Shown piece by piece: positions 24,125 through 36,791 of a DNA stretch of 64,000 nucleotides. The stretch spans positions 186,001 through 250,000 of the forward strand of contig VJWM01000204.1 of NCBI GenBank assembly GCA_010909165.1, written 5' to 3'. Below the pieces are notes generated by a model. The model was given only the letters and a program-made list of their open reading frames with translations, made no database searches and was not told where the DNA came from. A program made the translations under genes and the position numbers. The stretch is from Anthoceros angustus. Taxonomy: Eukaryota > Plantae > Anthocerotophyta. The number at the start of each line of letters is the position of its first letter. Position 1 is the first letter of the stretch.

Positions 24125-25756
24125 CTATTGGATAACTGACGGTTGATTGGTACTTTTATGGAAACGCGTGTGAGAGGAAACCGAGGATTTACTTGGAGGC
24201 TGAGTTGTTAGCAGCCCGTACATGCGCACAGAGAAGAGATCCCTTGGAAAGCCTTTCTGCATCTGCATGGACATAATTGACGGGTAAGATCTTCTAACAA
24301 AGAGGCTGCGTCTTTCATGTTGTTATCGAGGAAATGATATTACCTTGGTCTTGTGCAGAAAGAGACCACATTGCTGAAAGAGACCACGGAAATACGCATC
24401 TGATCTCGTCACACTACTATCCTCCTTGTCCACCACAAACCCTTCACGTGGACGACACATCAATCACAACACGAACGACCATCCAACCTGCAGACGTCAG
24501 AGTTGAATACACGTACCGTGTTTCGCTGTGTTCTCTTTCAGGACAAAAAAGCCGTCAGGTTTGAGCCCAATCTGAACCCAGCAACCAAGGAGAGTCAGAA
24601 ATAATGCAAGCTAACCATAGATCGCAGAATGTGGTAACTGAACAAGGGTGTGAAAAACCTTGCCTTTGCTCGCTGGAAGAAGGACACGAAGTCTTGGTCT
24701 GTAAGATGTCCAATGCACCACTGAACCCAAATCACATCATAGCGACCGGCCTGTGGTGTGAAATTCTGAGGAAAAACACCACAGACGAGCAAGACAGTTT
24801 CAGCACTGGGAAGCGGGTGGCAATCAAGGAAGTACAAGACGGCACACAATGGACAACAGAGTACGCACTTGTAAAGATTCGCAGAAGAAATTGACGGCAC
24901 GACGCCCAGAATTGGCAGAAATGGCCTGGTCATTCTTCAAGTCCTTGATGGCAGCATCCAGAAAATGACGTACTGGTTCCACAAGGTCTACCTGAACAAC
25001 TGGCATCAGCTCAAGTTACAATCCCGCAAACGAAAATTGACAAATACTGATTATGAGACAGACAATTTCTCCTACCTCTTGAAAGTGGCGCAGTAGCAAG
25101 TCGCGAGTGACTCTACCAACACCAGCCCCGCAATCTACACAACAAGGGAGACCCTAATCAGAAACACCAAGAACAACAATTCCATCACAAGCAACAAGAA
25201 ACGTGAAGCTCACCCAGAGCAACCAAGTCCTGCTGTCGGGCTGCACACGATGGCACGCATTCCCGGAGCATCTCCAGAAGAAAAGCTTTGCTGTCACGCA
25301 CATCTCGGTCACTGACAATGCCATAGCCACCTAGAACTCCATCTACCGTCGCGTCTACTCCCTGTTTCCCGACGACAACCCCCAACCTTCATATCATCCA
25401 CGTTTGCAGACCCAAAGCACGTCGGTGAAGCCAATACGAAGAGGGGGCCATACCTCCCAGTAGGACACGCCCTTGCTGTACCATAGTTGCTTCTTCTGTG
25501 CATCCACTTGGCTGCCGGTAGCAACATCCTCCCCCGCCTCCTCCACCCACATCTCCTGGCGGCTGGAGTACATGCGCCCTGTGCTATCAAGACCAGCGTC
25601 CTCCCCCTCTGCCATCGCACTTAAGACCAGGAACCGAGCGGGCTTCTTGCAGAGCTGCAAGCCAACAGAGATGGCAGAAATCGAAAACGGCAAGGCCTCA
25701 CTGGCTCGGCCGAGTATATATGTAGAAGGACAAGCTGCGCTCCATACTGCAGCCAT
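24125..25756 (-). CDS. NTMT1: Alpha N-terminal protein methyltransferase 1; about 8 exons
   Basis: WYSKGVSYWEGVDATVDGVLGGYG, ALDCGAGVGRVT, VDLVEPV, YDVIWVQWCIGHLTD, LKPDGFFVLKEN, DKEDSSVTRSD and QKGFPRDLFSVRMYGL. The start could instead be 25615 (MAEGED). Confidence 0.93.
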
Positions 25757-26229
25757 CCTCAGGCCCCCGCCATCGCTTCTGATGGCACAACAAGCCGTCT
25801 AGGGTTATCCGCTGCCCCTAACGGTATTGACCACAATTGCTGGGGGACGCTAGAATCCTGTGGGAGTGTTCCTGATTGGGCTGTGGCAATGATGTTAGTA
25901 GTCTATATATGTGATAGGAGGGAATAACTGAGAGCCCGACTGTTCTTTATGACCAATTTGAAGCTCGCTAACGCTAAGCCAAGCTCGATGGTCATCGACG
26001 GGCGGAAAACGTGAACGGCAATTCAGCTGGGTCACAACTCTCCGTTCAGCTGGAGGTGGCATGTTGCGAGGGAAATCTGGCACAATTCATGGTCTTGATG
26101 CAGGGTTGCGCTGTGGCTTGGGCTCACAGAAGGAGTAGACTTGAGCAGCATCTCTAACTTCAGGATTTTGCATTTGGAGACGACCCACATCGCATGTCGT
26201 GATGCAACAGTCGGCGTGGGAGGAGAGCT

Positions 26230-29200
26230 ATGGGGGATTTCAAGAAGGACGAGGATGTGGAGATGGTGGATGCCTTTCCCTCACCGTTCCCTCCGGACTC
26301 GGACATGAATTCGGCATTGGACCAGCTACCCTTCACAGGTTCCCAGCAGCCAGTGCTGCCACAGGTGTCCAAGAGCAGGTTTGAGCCCAAGTTGAAAGCA
26401 CGGCCCCAAGTCCGTGGGAAAGGTGCTCAGCCTGCACGACAACAGCCTGCAGCTGCAGCAGCTGCTGCTGCTGCCAGGCCAGCCTCTGCCCCCGACCCTG
26501 CTCCTCAAGTTCTCTCCCAAACAGCACCGCCTGTTGTTGTGAAGCAGGAGCCTGGGTTTGAAATTACCAATGAACTAAAGGCTGAGGATGTTAAACCTGA
26601 CCCTGCAACAGAGAATGGTTTCTTCGGCAATGATATCACGCCTCCTGCTAAGGATGAGCCAGGACTGGTGCCTACCAGCGGAGAACCTAAACCTGCAGTA
26701 GATGGAGTTAGCAGTGTGTTTTCCGAGTTTGTTGCAAAAGAGGAAGAGGTTCTGAAAGATGAGCCAAATGACGGTGGTGAGGACCGGGTGGTGAGAGAAT
26801 TCGACGTCTATCTCCGCCCTTCTGTGGATCAGGACACCAAGGTTCGCCTTCTTGGAATTGCCAGCTGAATGTCTTATAGTTTTGCTGATCTGATTGCAAT
26901 TTTTAGGACCTGAATCTCATCCCTGATGGCTTCCTGATTTGAGCAGTGAATGTGTTGTCCTGACATCGATGGATCGTGTATACCTTGTTAGAAGTTTTTT
27001 CGCTTACGCTTGCTGCTTGCAGTTGTACCTGCTGCAATATCCCCTTCGACCATCGTGGCGACCATACGGCCTGGAGGAAAGATGCGAGCAGGTTGGATCA
27101 TCAATACTTTGAGGTTGACAGTTTCTTATGGATGAAGAGTGGGCCCAGTGACCCAGTAGTCTGTTTGTCTTCTCAGTTTTCCCTCTGGCTGGCATGGTCC
27201 AAAACACTATGCAGGTGCGTGTCAAGCCAAAGCAAGCAAAAATTGAGCTAGACCTAGTGATGGAAACGGAGGGACAAAATTACGACCGGGATGTGCAAGA
27301 CCACTTGAAAATAAAAAAGCAGGTTGGACAGAACTCTCTCATCTATTGAACGTGCTCCCTCTCCCGAGTGGTTTCTTTTCCTGCAAACTGGGACTGGCTG
27401 CCTGTTTGGACAATGCTGGACTGGGCACTTAGATTAATGTTTTGGGTTTCGGATTGTTTATTAGTCGTGTTTGGTTGATGTGTTGTCTCAAACAGAAACT
27501 TTCATCAAGTCGACCCCATCTATCCACAAGCTATGCAGTTGGTATCTTTCGAGGCAACAAGGTAATGCCCGGACATCTTCCTTGCCAATGGTTGCTACCT
27601 GTGCACCTGACTTTGGAACTGGCGGTTTTGCACATTATGTTCAGATGATTTTTTTATATCACCATACATTAGGAAGAATGTAATAGGTTCCACAAAGGAA
27701 GTATTGCTATGCGTCCACTTCTGCCTGCACAACCTGCATGAAACCTTGCAAATATATAACTGCCTTTCTCTGTTTCAGCTTCACTTGAATCCTCTACATG
27801 CTATAGTCCAGCTACGACCATCGATGGCTTATCTGGATGAAGCTGATGCATCAACAAAAAAATTGGGTGTCAGTGCCGATGGGGATGAGAAGATGGTAGA
27901 TGCAGAGGAGCCTTCAGAAGAAGCTAGCGATCTGGTTGCCATGCAGGCAAGCTCGTGGAGCTGATTATCTTAGATAATTGTGGATTGCCTCCTTGATGCA
28001 AAGGGGCCGCAACCTTGTGGTGATTGCTGATTACTGATGATGGCTTTCCAACTCCATGCTGACCAGGACTTTGCCCTTGACAACAATCTTGAATCGTGCA
28101 CAGGTGACAGTTAGGAGGCGAGAGACAGAAAGGCAGGAAGAGATAAGGTTACATTCATACGAATATCTAAAGAAGTTAGAGGCTCAAGAGGTCGGTGCAA
28201 GATGTCGCTTTTTGTCACCACTGCAGTTTGCCAGGTTATACTGGTTGTTGAGGGTGACTATGTTTTAAACTGATGGACTCGTGTGGAGGAGGTCTGACTG
28301 AGATGGACTAATGTGCAGGATTGGGTCACGCTAGAGCCACACGGCAGAGAGAGTCCTTTAACTGTTGATGTCATACAAAAGATGAAGTCGTCTGAGGGCA
28401 GCTCTATATCCTTCAATATGCCCGTGTAAGTTCAGAAATCCCTTCACAAATATTTTGGAGGAATGTATCGTAATTCTGAAGGCCAAAGCATCTGTTGTTG
28501 GTACTGTAGCTAAAGGGTTTGCATTTTGGCATTACAGCTCGGATTATTTGAAAACACTCGTGCCAGGCCGTGCAAGCTCAGCTGCAGTGGAGGTTTTAAC
28601 AGGAGATGGATCTGGCAATGCTGGTCTCTCCAGAAGGTGAGATGTGCACTTGAAGTTGATCAATGAGAGTGTACCAGTCGGTCAGTTGACATTCTTTTAC
28701 TTCTCCTCAAAGGCTAGCTGCTCTTTGCGCATCATCCTCAATCCTTTTGCTATGGTTTGACTGGGTGCAGCTTTTTGGATACCCTTCCTCTGAAAGAAAG
28801 GTTGGAGACTGTCCTGTCAAAGGTGAGTGTTGATTTAATCCACTGGTTCCAGGTAATCTATTAAACCTTTGAGAAGCAGAAAGGTTAGTGTTCACAGTGT
28901 TTGACAATGTCAAATGTTGCCTTGATTCAGGGCCGGGTAGATGTGCTACAGTTTGACAGGCTGATGAAACTAGCCCCTCCAGGCTGTTTGGAACAAGATA
29001 TTCTTCAGATCCTCGAGAAGAAAGCCATGCTGGTGCAAGGCTGTTGGGTGGCACGTAGTCTGTTGAGATACAAAGGCCGGCCTGACTTGACTTGCATCTC
29101 TCGGGTCCGAGACTATATCTTGTTACTTTTCACAAAAAACCGGGTTGTCACCCATCAGCAGCTGGATGAGATAAAAGTTCCAAAAGAGATGTTGCGGGAG

Positions 29201-30349
29201 GTTCTTCTGCCACTTGCCGTTCAGAGAGGAGCGGCTGCAGGCTGGGAGTTCCAAGAAAGCACAGATAAGTCCTTTCTGAAGCGTCATCAAGCAGTAGCCA
29301 AACAAGCAGCCCAAAATTGGGCTGCAGCAGAAGAGGAGGTCAAGCGGAGAGCAATGAGCCTGAACATTTCAAGCATGGAGGAGGCTCGGAGTGCAGGAGC
29401 AGAGACAGCATCTGGAGTGGATACCTCAGGTGTGCTGGTCCCCAGTAGTGCTCCTGCAGGACCTGCTAGAGCTCAAAGAAGTGCAGTTCCGGCACCAAAA
29501 TCCACAGTAAAGGATAGGCTCGCAGAGGCTAGAGGTATTCTAGAAGCTAAAAATGCAGCACAGGTTGGAGAAGCGATTCCTCGGACCATGTCAGAAGCCA
29601 CTGTCGCAGCATTACCAGAGGCTTTGAAGGAGATTTTTGGCAAGCACAGCGTTTGCAGGTTTGTGTCTCTTTTGGGAATCTGGCTGCAATGAGTTGTGCA
29701 TACCCTGGGTCTCCTAACTCGTCTATCTTGCCTCCTTAGCCTGCAGTTTTTACGACAGAGCTTGCGGGAAATGGCCATCACAAAATCAGCATCCAACAGT
29801 AACCCCAAGGCCGCAGCAGCTGCTGTGGCTGCCGCGGATGGTGCCAATGCACCCCAGAAGGAGTTGGAAGCTGAAGTGAGCAAAGTGGCAGGACGCATTG
29901 AGAATGTTTACTTTCTGGCTTCACTGGGCAACTCCCAAATCGATCCCTTCCGGTGAGCCCCACCCCACCCGGTGAAGCCTTGAGTCTCGCCATGTTCTGT
30001 CCTGCTCTGTCTCTGTATGTACATGCCTGTGTAGGGCTTGGAAGCATCTAATCAAGTTGGTGGCACAGGGAGTGCGTGATTCAGCTTCTTCGCACCAAAG
30101 GCACCTCAGGTGGGGGCCTGAGAAAGCAGGATGTGATGGAAGCTTCCAAGCTGGTGTGCAAACGGGAATGCCCATCTCAAGCGTACTCAAAGGTGTGTGC
30201 TTTTCTATTTTAGTGTGGCTCGCTTGGAAGCATGTGAACAGGGATGATAGTGGGTTGGTTTTGCGGGGAATGAGCAGATCATGAAGGAGCTGTGCTACAG
30301 CAAAGGAGGCACGTGGATCCTAAAGCCAGGCGACGGAAGGCCCACTTGA
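26230..30349 (+). CDS. RPC5: DNA-directed RNA polymerase III subunit RPC5 (Sin-like); multi-exon
   Basis: DRVVREFDVYL, LYLLQYPLRPSWRPY, YAVGIFRGNKLHLNPLHAIVQLRPSMAYLD, LVQGCWVARS and RDYILLLF. Last exon IMKELCYSKGGTWILKPGDGRPT ends at TGA 30349. Confidence 0.92.
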
Positions 30350-30496
30350 GCAGCAACAGCAGCCCTGTAGGGCGCTGTCACGGCAACACGGCAACACGGC
30401 GCTATATACATTTAGTCTGGAGGTGCAGCAGAGATGGGCGTAATACCTACATAGATAGGAGGTTTTGTCCCATGCTAAAAATTGTATCATTCTAAA

Positions 30497-31170
30497 GCTG
30501 GCTGGCTGGCTGGATGGCTGGCTGGCTGGGGCCAGTCTAGCTGGCTGGTCGTTCTATGGTTTCCCCCATCTGTGCCGCATCCCCAAGACACAGTCTCTGT
30601 ACTGTGCAAAATATTGGAATGGGTCTTGGCATTAATTAGGGCCAAGCTGGCGTACACCAGTGTTAAACGCCACATGCATACGTGTCTGTTGGCTGGACCA
30701 TGGATCGTCTGTTTTTCGGGTTGCAGGGCGTTGTTTTTCGGCTCTCGCTTAATTTGTTCCCTCGGGAATTGCAGAATCTGGGCAATCTGGTTGGTTTGTC
30801 AGACGGACAGCATGATGCACACGCAAGTGCCCTGGCCAGGAGACGGGGCAGCTCGCTCGCTCGCTCGCTCGCTCATCAGTGCAGTGCAGTGCACACTGCA
30901 CTGCAGTGTGCCTGGGCTTCATCATCACGAAATGCGATTGTCCGGGCGTGGGAGGAAACGACGGGCGGGGCGTGGGACGACGAGACGAATGACAACGGAG
31001 CCTGGGGGCCTGGGCGCCTGGGGCCTGGTCACGTTGCTTCGCTTTTCCTTCTTGATCGGGAGTCGACTCATCAGACCGGAGTCCGGAGTGGGGCCCGGAG
31101 CCCGGAGCCCGGGGCCCGGAGCCCGGAGCCCGGAGCCTGGAGCGGGCCCGGGCCGGGCCGGGCCGGGCCC
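30497..31170. repeat. Simple-sequence repeats: (GGCT)n about 30497-30547, (GCTC)n about 30850-30873, (GCCCGGA)n/(GGGCC)n about 31091-31170
   Basis: Directly visible microsatellite runs. Confidence 0.9.
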
Positions 31171-31367
31171 ATGTTGAACATCAAGCTCCTGATGTGCCCT
31201 GGCTGGTCCCGGCGTCCCCGGTGGACGGTAGACCAGGTCCCACACGGGTCAACGGAACGGGCCCCGTTCACGGCGTCGACGCAGCGCAGGCGGAGTCCAG
31301 GGGCCAGCCGCGAGCCGCTGCCCGGTCGCACCGATGTGAGAGAGACGGACGCCATTGGCCCCTCGCT

Positions 31368-31928
31368 TTACTCTGCTGCCGTGCTGCCAGTGGCAGATCC
31401 CGCAGCTGGCGCCGATGCGCGCGCACTAGAAGGCCCTGCCACTCTGCCCACACTCGATGGAGCCTGGAGCCTTCTGCATCGCTGCTCCCGGGTGCGAACC
31501 TGCGAGAGGCCCGCTGCCTGACTGTGTTGGAGTTTGAGTGTGAGGAGTGTGAGTGCTCGTGGGAGCCACAGTGAGCCCCTCCCGGCTCCGGCCCCGGTCC
31601 CCTCCGGCCCCGGAGCCACCTCCAGCCCTCCCTCCCGCGCGCCATGCTCCCGCCTCACGTGCACGTCCTCTGCTCCCGAGACTCCTGTAGGAAGCGCGCG
31701 CATGGCAATCGCAATGGCCTGACTGGCACCGCCGCTCCCAAACGCTCCCGCTGCGTGATCCCGCCACAACAACAGCGGCAGCAACAACATCGGCAGCAAC
31801 GGCATCGGCAGCAACAACATCGGCAGCAACAACATCGGCAGCAACAACATCGGCAGCAACAACAACGGAAGCAACACCAGGAGCAAGAACAAGAGCAGCG
31901 GCAGCCCCAGGCGCAGCCGGAGCTTCAT
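31368..31928 (-). CDS. Possible small secreted protein with a repeat-expanded hydrophobic leader
   Basis: 186-aa ATG ORF starting MKLRLRLGLPLLLFLLL with (LLLPM)n encoded by a 15-bp repeat; no recognisable domain. Confidence 0.35.
   Translation of the reverse strand: MKLRLRLGLPLLLFLLLVLLPLLLLPMLLLPMLLLPMLLLPMPLLPMLLLPLLLWRDHAAGAFGSGGASQAIAIAMRALPTGVSGAEDVHVRREHGAREGGLEVAPGPEGTGAGAGRGSLWLPRALTLLTLKLQHSQAAGLSQVRTREQRCRRLQAPSSVGRVAGPSSARASAPAAGSATGSTAAE
31775..31865. repeat. 15-bp tandem repeat gcaacaacatcggca (about 5-6 copies)
   Basis: Directly visible. Confidence 0.92.
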
Positions 31929-32353
31929 GGATCTGGCAGGCGCGGGAGCAGGAAAGCAGCCTCGGACGCCAGGCGGCTCAGCGTGGTGCAGTGCGGGAGG
32001 TACAGGTGCGAGGTGAGGTCGCGGCCGCAGTGAGCTGCTTCACGACCAGCTCGCGCGCGCGCCCGCGCTCTCTAGGGAGGAGCGGCTCGGAGCGTCTCGG
32101 AGCGTGAAGCGTGGCCGCGGCATTGCCATCGTAGCCTGGCATGGGGTAGCCACTACGCGGCTCGGATCGCGACTTGTCGTGCGTAATTGGATCGAAATTG
32201 CTCTATCGATCCGGCAGCAAAGCAAGGGGATTGAGTGTACATGCTTACCTACTACAAGCAAGCAGCAGTGTAGTGCAGGGTAGTGTGGGTTGGCAGGTAG
32301 GTACGTAGGTAGATAGGTAGGTAGGTACGAAGGGACCCGGTAGGTGGGTAGGA

Positions 32354-33658
32354 ATGGGGAAGGGGGTGGCCTTGCCCGAGGAGGAGGAGGATGCGGCGCA
32401 GGGGAGCCGGTGCTGGCGATGGCTCAAGGATTCGGGGATATGTAGGAAGTCGACGGTGAAATGGGTGGTGGCGATGGTGGTGAGCATCCAGCTGCTGGTG
32501 TTCGCGGTGCTGTCGTTGCCGGGGCTGCACAGGCAGGAGAAGGCGGGGACGGGACCGGCTCCCCCGGGCTTCCAGCCGCAGGTGCTGGCCACCTTCGAGC
32601 TGCAGCTGCCGGCGAGCCGGCTGAACGCGAGCGTGGCGGAGCTGCAGCGGGATCTGGAGATGGAGATCGGGGTGAACCAGTCGCTGCAGCTGCAGCTCTC
32701 CATCATCAAGGTCGACCAGACCGGGGGCGGGGGGGACAACTCCACCGTCACCTTCGCCGTGCAGCCGGTGTCCGGGTCAGGGATCGGGGCGCCTGGGATC
32801 GACCAGCTCCGCGAGGTGCTCATCAGCATCTTCCTCAACGAGACCCGGCTCAACATCACGCTCGGCAGCAGCGACTTCGGGCAGGCGGAGGCGTCCGAGT
32901 TCCAGATCCTCCGCTTCCCGGGAGGGCTGACCATCTGGCCGGACCGGGCCGGATCCGACTCAGATTCCGACTCCGGCTCCGGCTCCGTGGTGCTCTTCAA
33001 CTTCACGCTGGACAGGAGCTTGGTGAGCATCGTGCGGAACTTCCACGACCTGCAGGCGCAGATCTCCAGCTTCACCAGGGTCGGGGCGAAGGAGACGGTT
33101 GTGATCGAGCTCACCAACGAGGCGGGCTCCACGGTGCGCCCCCCGGTGGTGGTGCAGGTGTCGGTGGCGTCGGCCATCCCCGGGAAGCCTGTGCCGCAGA
33201 CGAGGCTGGACCAGCTGGCGCAGCAGCTGGTGGATCGCTCCAAGGCCTCCAACCTGGGGCTCAATCTATCCCTGTTCGGGAATGTGCAAGGGTTCAACCT
33301 GTCCTACGCACTTGTACAGCATCTGATACCGGCGCCGGCTCCAAGTCCTGGCCCTTCTGCTCCGCCCCGCCCCCGAGCTCCTCCGTCTCCCAGGCCCCGC
33401 AAGCCTCCTCCTCCTCCTCCCCCTGCTCTCTCCCCCCCGGCTCCTTCCGGGGACTTCCCTCCCAGCACGTCCCCGGACATGGCCAGTCCGCCCTTGCCTC
33501 CTCCTCCTCTCCCTGGCCCTGGCTCTGCCTCGCCTCCTGCCCCCGCTCCTCGGCAGGATTCTCCATACTTTTCCTGCTCCTCCGCTTTGCTGCCGCCTAC
33601 GGATTTGCTCATGCTGCTGCCTCCTGCAGTGCTACTGGCGGCTTTCTTGAGGATTTGA
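32354..33658 (+). CDS. Hydroxyproline-rich glycoprotein family membrane protein (DUF7036 / At3g56590-like), intronless
   Basis: N-terminal TM, FQILRFPGGLTI, LFNFTL, LTNEAGSTVRPPVVVQ, RLDQLAQ, NLGLNLSLFGNV, Pro-rich PAPAPSP region and a hydrophobic C-terminus. Confidence 0.82.
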   Translation: MGKGVALPEEEEDAAQGSRCWRWLKDSGICRKSTVKWVVAMVVSIQLLVFAVLSLPGLHRQEKAGTGPAPPGFQPQVLATFELQLPASRLNASVAELQRDLEMEIGVNQSLQLQLSIIKVDQTGGGGDNSTVTFAVQPVSGSGIGAPGIDQLREVLISIFLNETRLNITLGSSDFGQAEASEFQILRFPGGLTIWPDRAGSDSDSDSGSGSVVLFNFTLDRSLVSIVRNFHDLQAQISSFTRVGAKETVVIELTNEAGSTVRPPVVVQVSVASAIPGKPVPQTRLDQLAQQLVDRSKASNLGLNLSLFGNVQGFNLSYALVQHLIPAPAPSPGPSAPPRPRAPPSPRPRKPPPPPPPALSPPAPSGDFPPSTSPDMASPPLPPPPLPGPGSASPPAPAPRQDSPYFSCSSALLPPTDLLMLLPPAVLLAAFLRI

Positions 33659-34385
33659 TGCGGGCTGGCAATTTGGTTCCGGTTTTGATGCAACAGCAAC
33701 CAAGATGCTGCGGGAGATATGGCCATGAAGACTGGATGACATCAAGTCACATCGCCATGGCTGGACAAACGCCGGAGTGGGGTTGTGTTGGACAGGTACT
33801 TCAGTTGTAGTTGTAGTGGCAGGTAGAGAGCTTCCTTGGCTAATCTAACTGGCGCCTAGCGCTCAAAAACAAAGAAATACAGTACTCACAAAACATAGGA
33901 AACGACCATTTCTGGCCAAAAGGCAGAAACCGGTGCTCCCAGATACGAGAGCTAACCACTCCATGCAACAAAATGGCCATTGGATGCGGTGGATTCTTCA
34001 GAAAATCTAACACAAAACACTTCGTCTTGCGTGCCGCCGGCTTTGTAGTAAAATGACGTCGTCTTCGTCCAAAGCAAGGGCATTTTCTGGGCAGACCGCA
34101 GAATGGAGGTAGTGGGGATTGCAACTCACAACTCCTCAGCTGCCCTACGCGGGTGGTAACGCGTATAGGTGAAGGAAGGAAAGAAAGTATGAATGAAACG
34201 AAAGAAGGAACGAACTAAAGAAGGCAGAAAAACGAAAGAACAGCAGACTCATATCTACATGGTGGTGTAGTAGACCACTGAGGGTGATCACGCACCAAAG
34301 CACCAAGAGGTGGCGGACCGGCCAGCCGGCGGGAGATGAAAGGATAGCCAATGCCATCGTTCACCAGCATCCTTCATCTCCAGCC

Positions 34386-36179
34386 TCAGCTTGCCTGTTT
34401 ACCGCCAAACACGAGTCTCGCAATATTGACAAGCCACTGCCAATCCTTCTCTGCGGCGGATAAGCGGTGTGCATGTCCGTCGCCCTCGGCACTGGCAGTT
34501 GCCGCGGAGGACAACGAAGCGGCAGCATTCCCTACTTCCTCACTGATGACCTGAGACAAGGGGGAACCAAGAAAAATGTGAATGGGCACCACCAGTACAT
34601 ACAAAGCACACACACACTCGTGACTTACAACACGGCCTTTCAAACCCACCCACTCCTGACTTGCCTCCACCAGGCTTGGCTGAGGCTACGCTAGGCTACC
34701 TAGATACACAAGCGTCTACACTATACAAAAACTACAAAACTTTGCGCATCTCGCTCCCACACTTAAAAAGCTGCCAGGCTCTCTGCCCGGGCCCTCCACC
34801 ACACCCACAACAGAGAATGCCAGCCTACAGGTTTCAGGTTCTCCTAAAAGCTCTCAACTGTAAAGGTCACCTCTACTCTGTGGCGGCCGCATCTTCCAGC
34901 TCTCTCTCAACTGCTCCGCTCACCTCCACAGCAGCCGACGCTAGGCCCAAATCGACAACCGGAAGCTCAGGAGCTGTCTCTTCGACAGAACTAGCATCCA
35001 GCACGGGGAGTTGACCATTCTCCTCACCGAGTTGGGCTTCAGAGCTGACAGCAGGCACTTCTGGCTCCACAGCTTCCTCACTGATCTGGGCTTCAGAGAT
35101 TACCTCTGCTGCTGCTTCTTCAGCAGCGCTCACAGCAGCAGGAGCTCCCACCTCCTCTTCTTCTCCGCCCCATTTCTCCGTCACTACCAGACTGCTACCG
35201 CCCTCACCCGGTGTTTCAAAACTCCGGTTTGCCCCAGGCTGCCATTCCAGTTCTCCCCGTTTCCCAGTCAGCAGGAACTTGTATTCCACCACCTTTCCAG
35301 CAGGAACATCCTGGGGGGGAGACAGTCAATAGTAGACAAGTTTTAGAGCAGAAAAAAGCACCATGTCCGCCAACAAACCAACCTAGCTAGACCAGCATGG
35401 CGCACATGTTCCTCAACGCCTTTTTTTTACTATACTCACCACCACTGTCGTCCATACGTGACCTTCCGACCAATCCAAGGGTACTGCAGCATCCACATTC
35501 CATTCCCCGAGGTAGGAATTATCTCCAACGACATTGAACTGTTGCCCGAACCGGCATTCCTTCTGGAGAACGAACTTCACCTTCACGGTCGGCACATCTG
35601 CAACCCATAGCGTCAAGCATAAACAGCATTCCTAGATGCACAGGTCTGCAACCGCAGGTTTCGAAGACCTAGAGAGTGCAGAAACCGATTAGACCATATT
35701 AGGCTACCTTCCTCTTTCTCTACAATCTCTGGAGCGGGTGTCGGAGCCGAATGCGGAGCTGGAGCTGCTTCAACCGCACCCTCTTCTCCTTCCAGGACGA
35801 AAACAGCTTCATCCTGGACACACGTTGCATACTATTATACATGAATGTGGAATAAATAATCTTGTCCAGCCTCCCACTGTTTGACTGCTCAGAACACAAT
35901 GCCGCATAATCGGTCAGCTTTCTAGGTCCTCAGGAAAGGGTCATCATCTTTCACCTCTGATGCGCAAGTTCTCGTCCATAGCCTTGTCTTCGAGTGTTGA
36001 GAGGTCAGGACGTCCCAAGTATGCCTAGCGGTAGAGCATAAGACATGGTCACCCACTGTACGGCTGGAGAAACACGTGACCGTTGAGCCCCATGCCTTGG
36101 CATTGTGTCGTCGAATATTGCCTTGACTGGCACTGACCGCCGGGCAGAAGACAGCAGGGAATCCGGTTAGGGCCTGCAT
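34386..36179 (-). CDS. Plastid CBM20 starch-binding domain protein; multi-exon
   Basis: Transit peptide MQALTGFPAVF; CBM20 VKFVLQKECRFGQQFNVVGD..LGEW..PLDWSEGHVW and EYKFLL..EWQPGANR; acidic linker; terminal exon 34553-34386 (KDWQWLVNIARLVFG). Joining that exon needs a 1-bp correction near 34875. Confidence 0.85.
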
Positions 36180-36791
36180 GTCTCCACTTCACAATGCTGC
36201 TCAAGCCACAACGCAGAGACTATATGAGATTCAGCCTTTGCTGACACCGACACTGAAGAGCTTCAAAATGTCTCACAAGCAACCGTTTTCTGCAGACGCT
36301 AGTTCAGGCAGCGGGCGAGAAAACCAGGCGTGAGCTCTTGCCTGCCTGGGAGCTCGAGGCTGGGACCTTTGTCAAAGACAAAAGCCGGCACCTCGGGACA
36401 CTCAATTTGAACTTCCTCCGCAACAGCTGGGGCTAGCTAAAGTAAGCAGAATTGGAAATAGAAAGAACTGCGAGAGCGCAGGAAACCAGAGCTGCCCCGG
36501 CTGATACAGGACGCTGAAGAGAAGCTCCCTTTTCGTGTGCTAACAACATTCATGCTTTCACCCATTCATTCCTCCATCCCTCTAGCAACATCTCTGATAG
36601 AATGCTCAACAGTAGAGTTCGGGAAGGAAACTGCTGAAAACATGAGCACGTCCATTAAGCGACATACGCAGGGACAGGGAAAATGGGCACAGACCTGTGA
36701 GCGGACCGTAGCTTCAGCAGCAACAATGCAACCAACCGCTTGCGGAAGCGAAGCCTGGCAACAAAGAGTGCAAGCAGCGGGCCACCACCAC

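Noticed and set aside
30482-31521. 231-aa and 279-aa ORFs downstream of RPC5
   Set aside because: Built from microsatellites and GC-rich repeats, with non-ATG starts and no domain.
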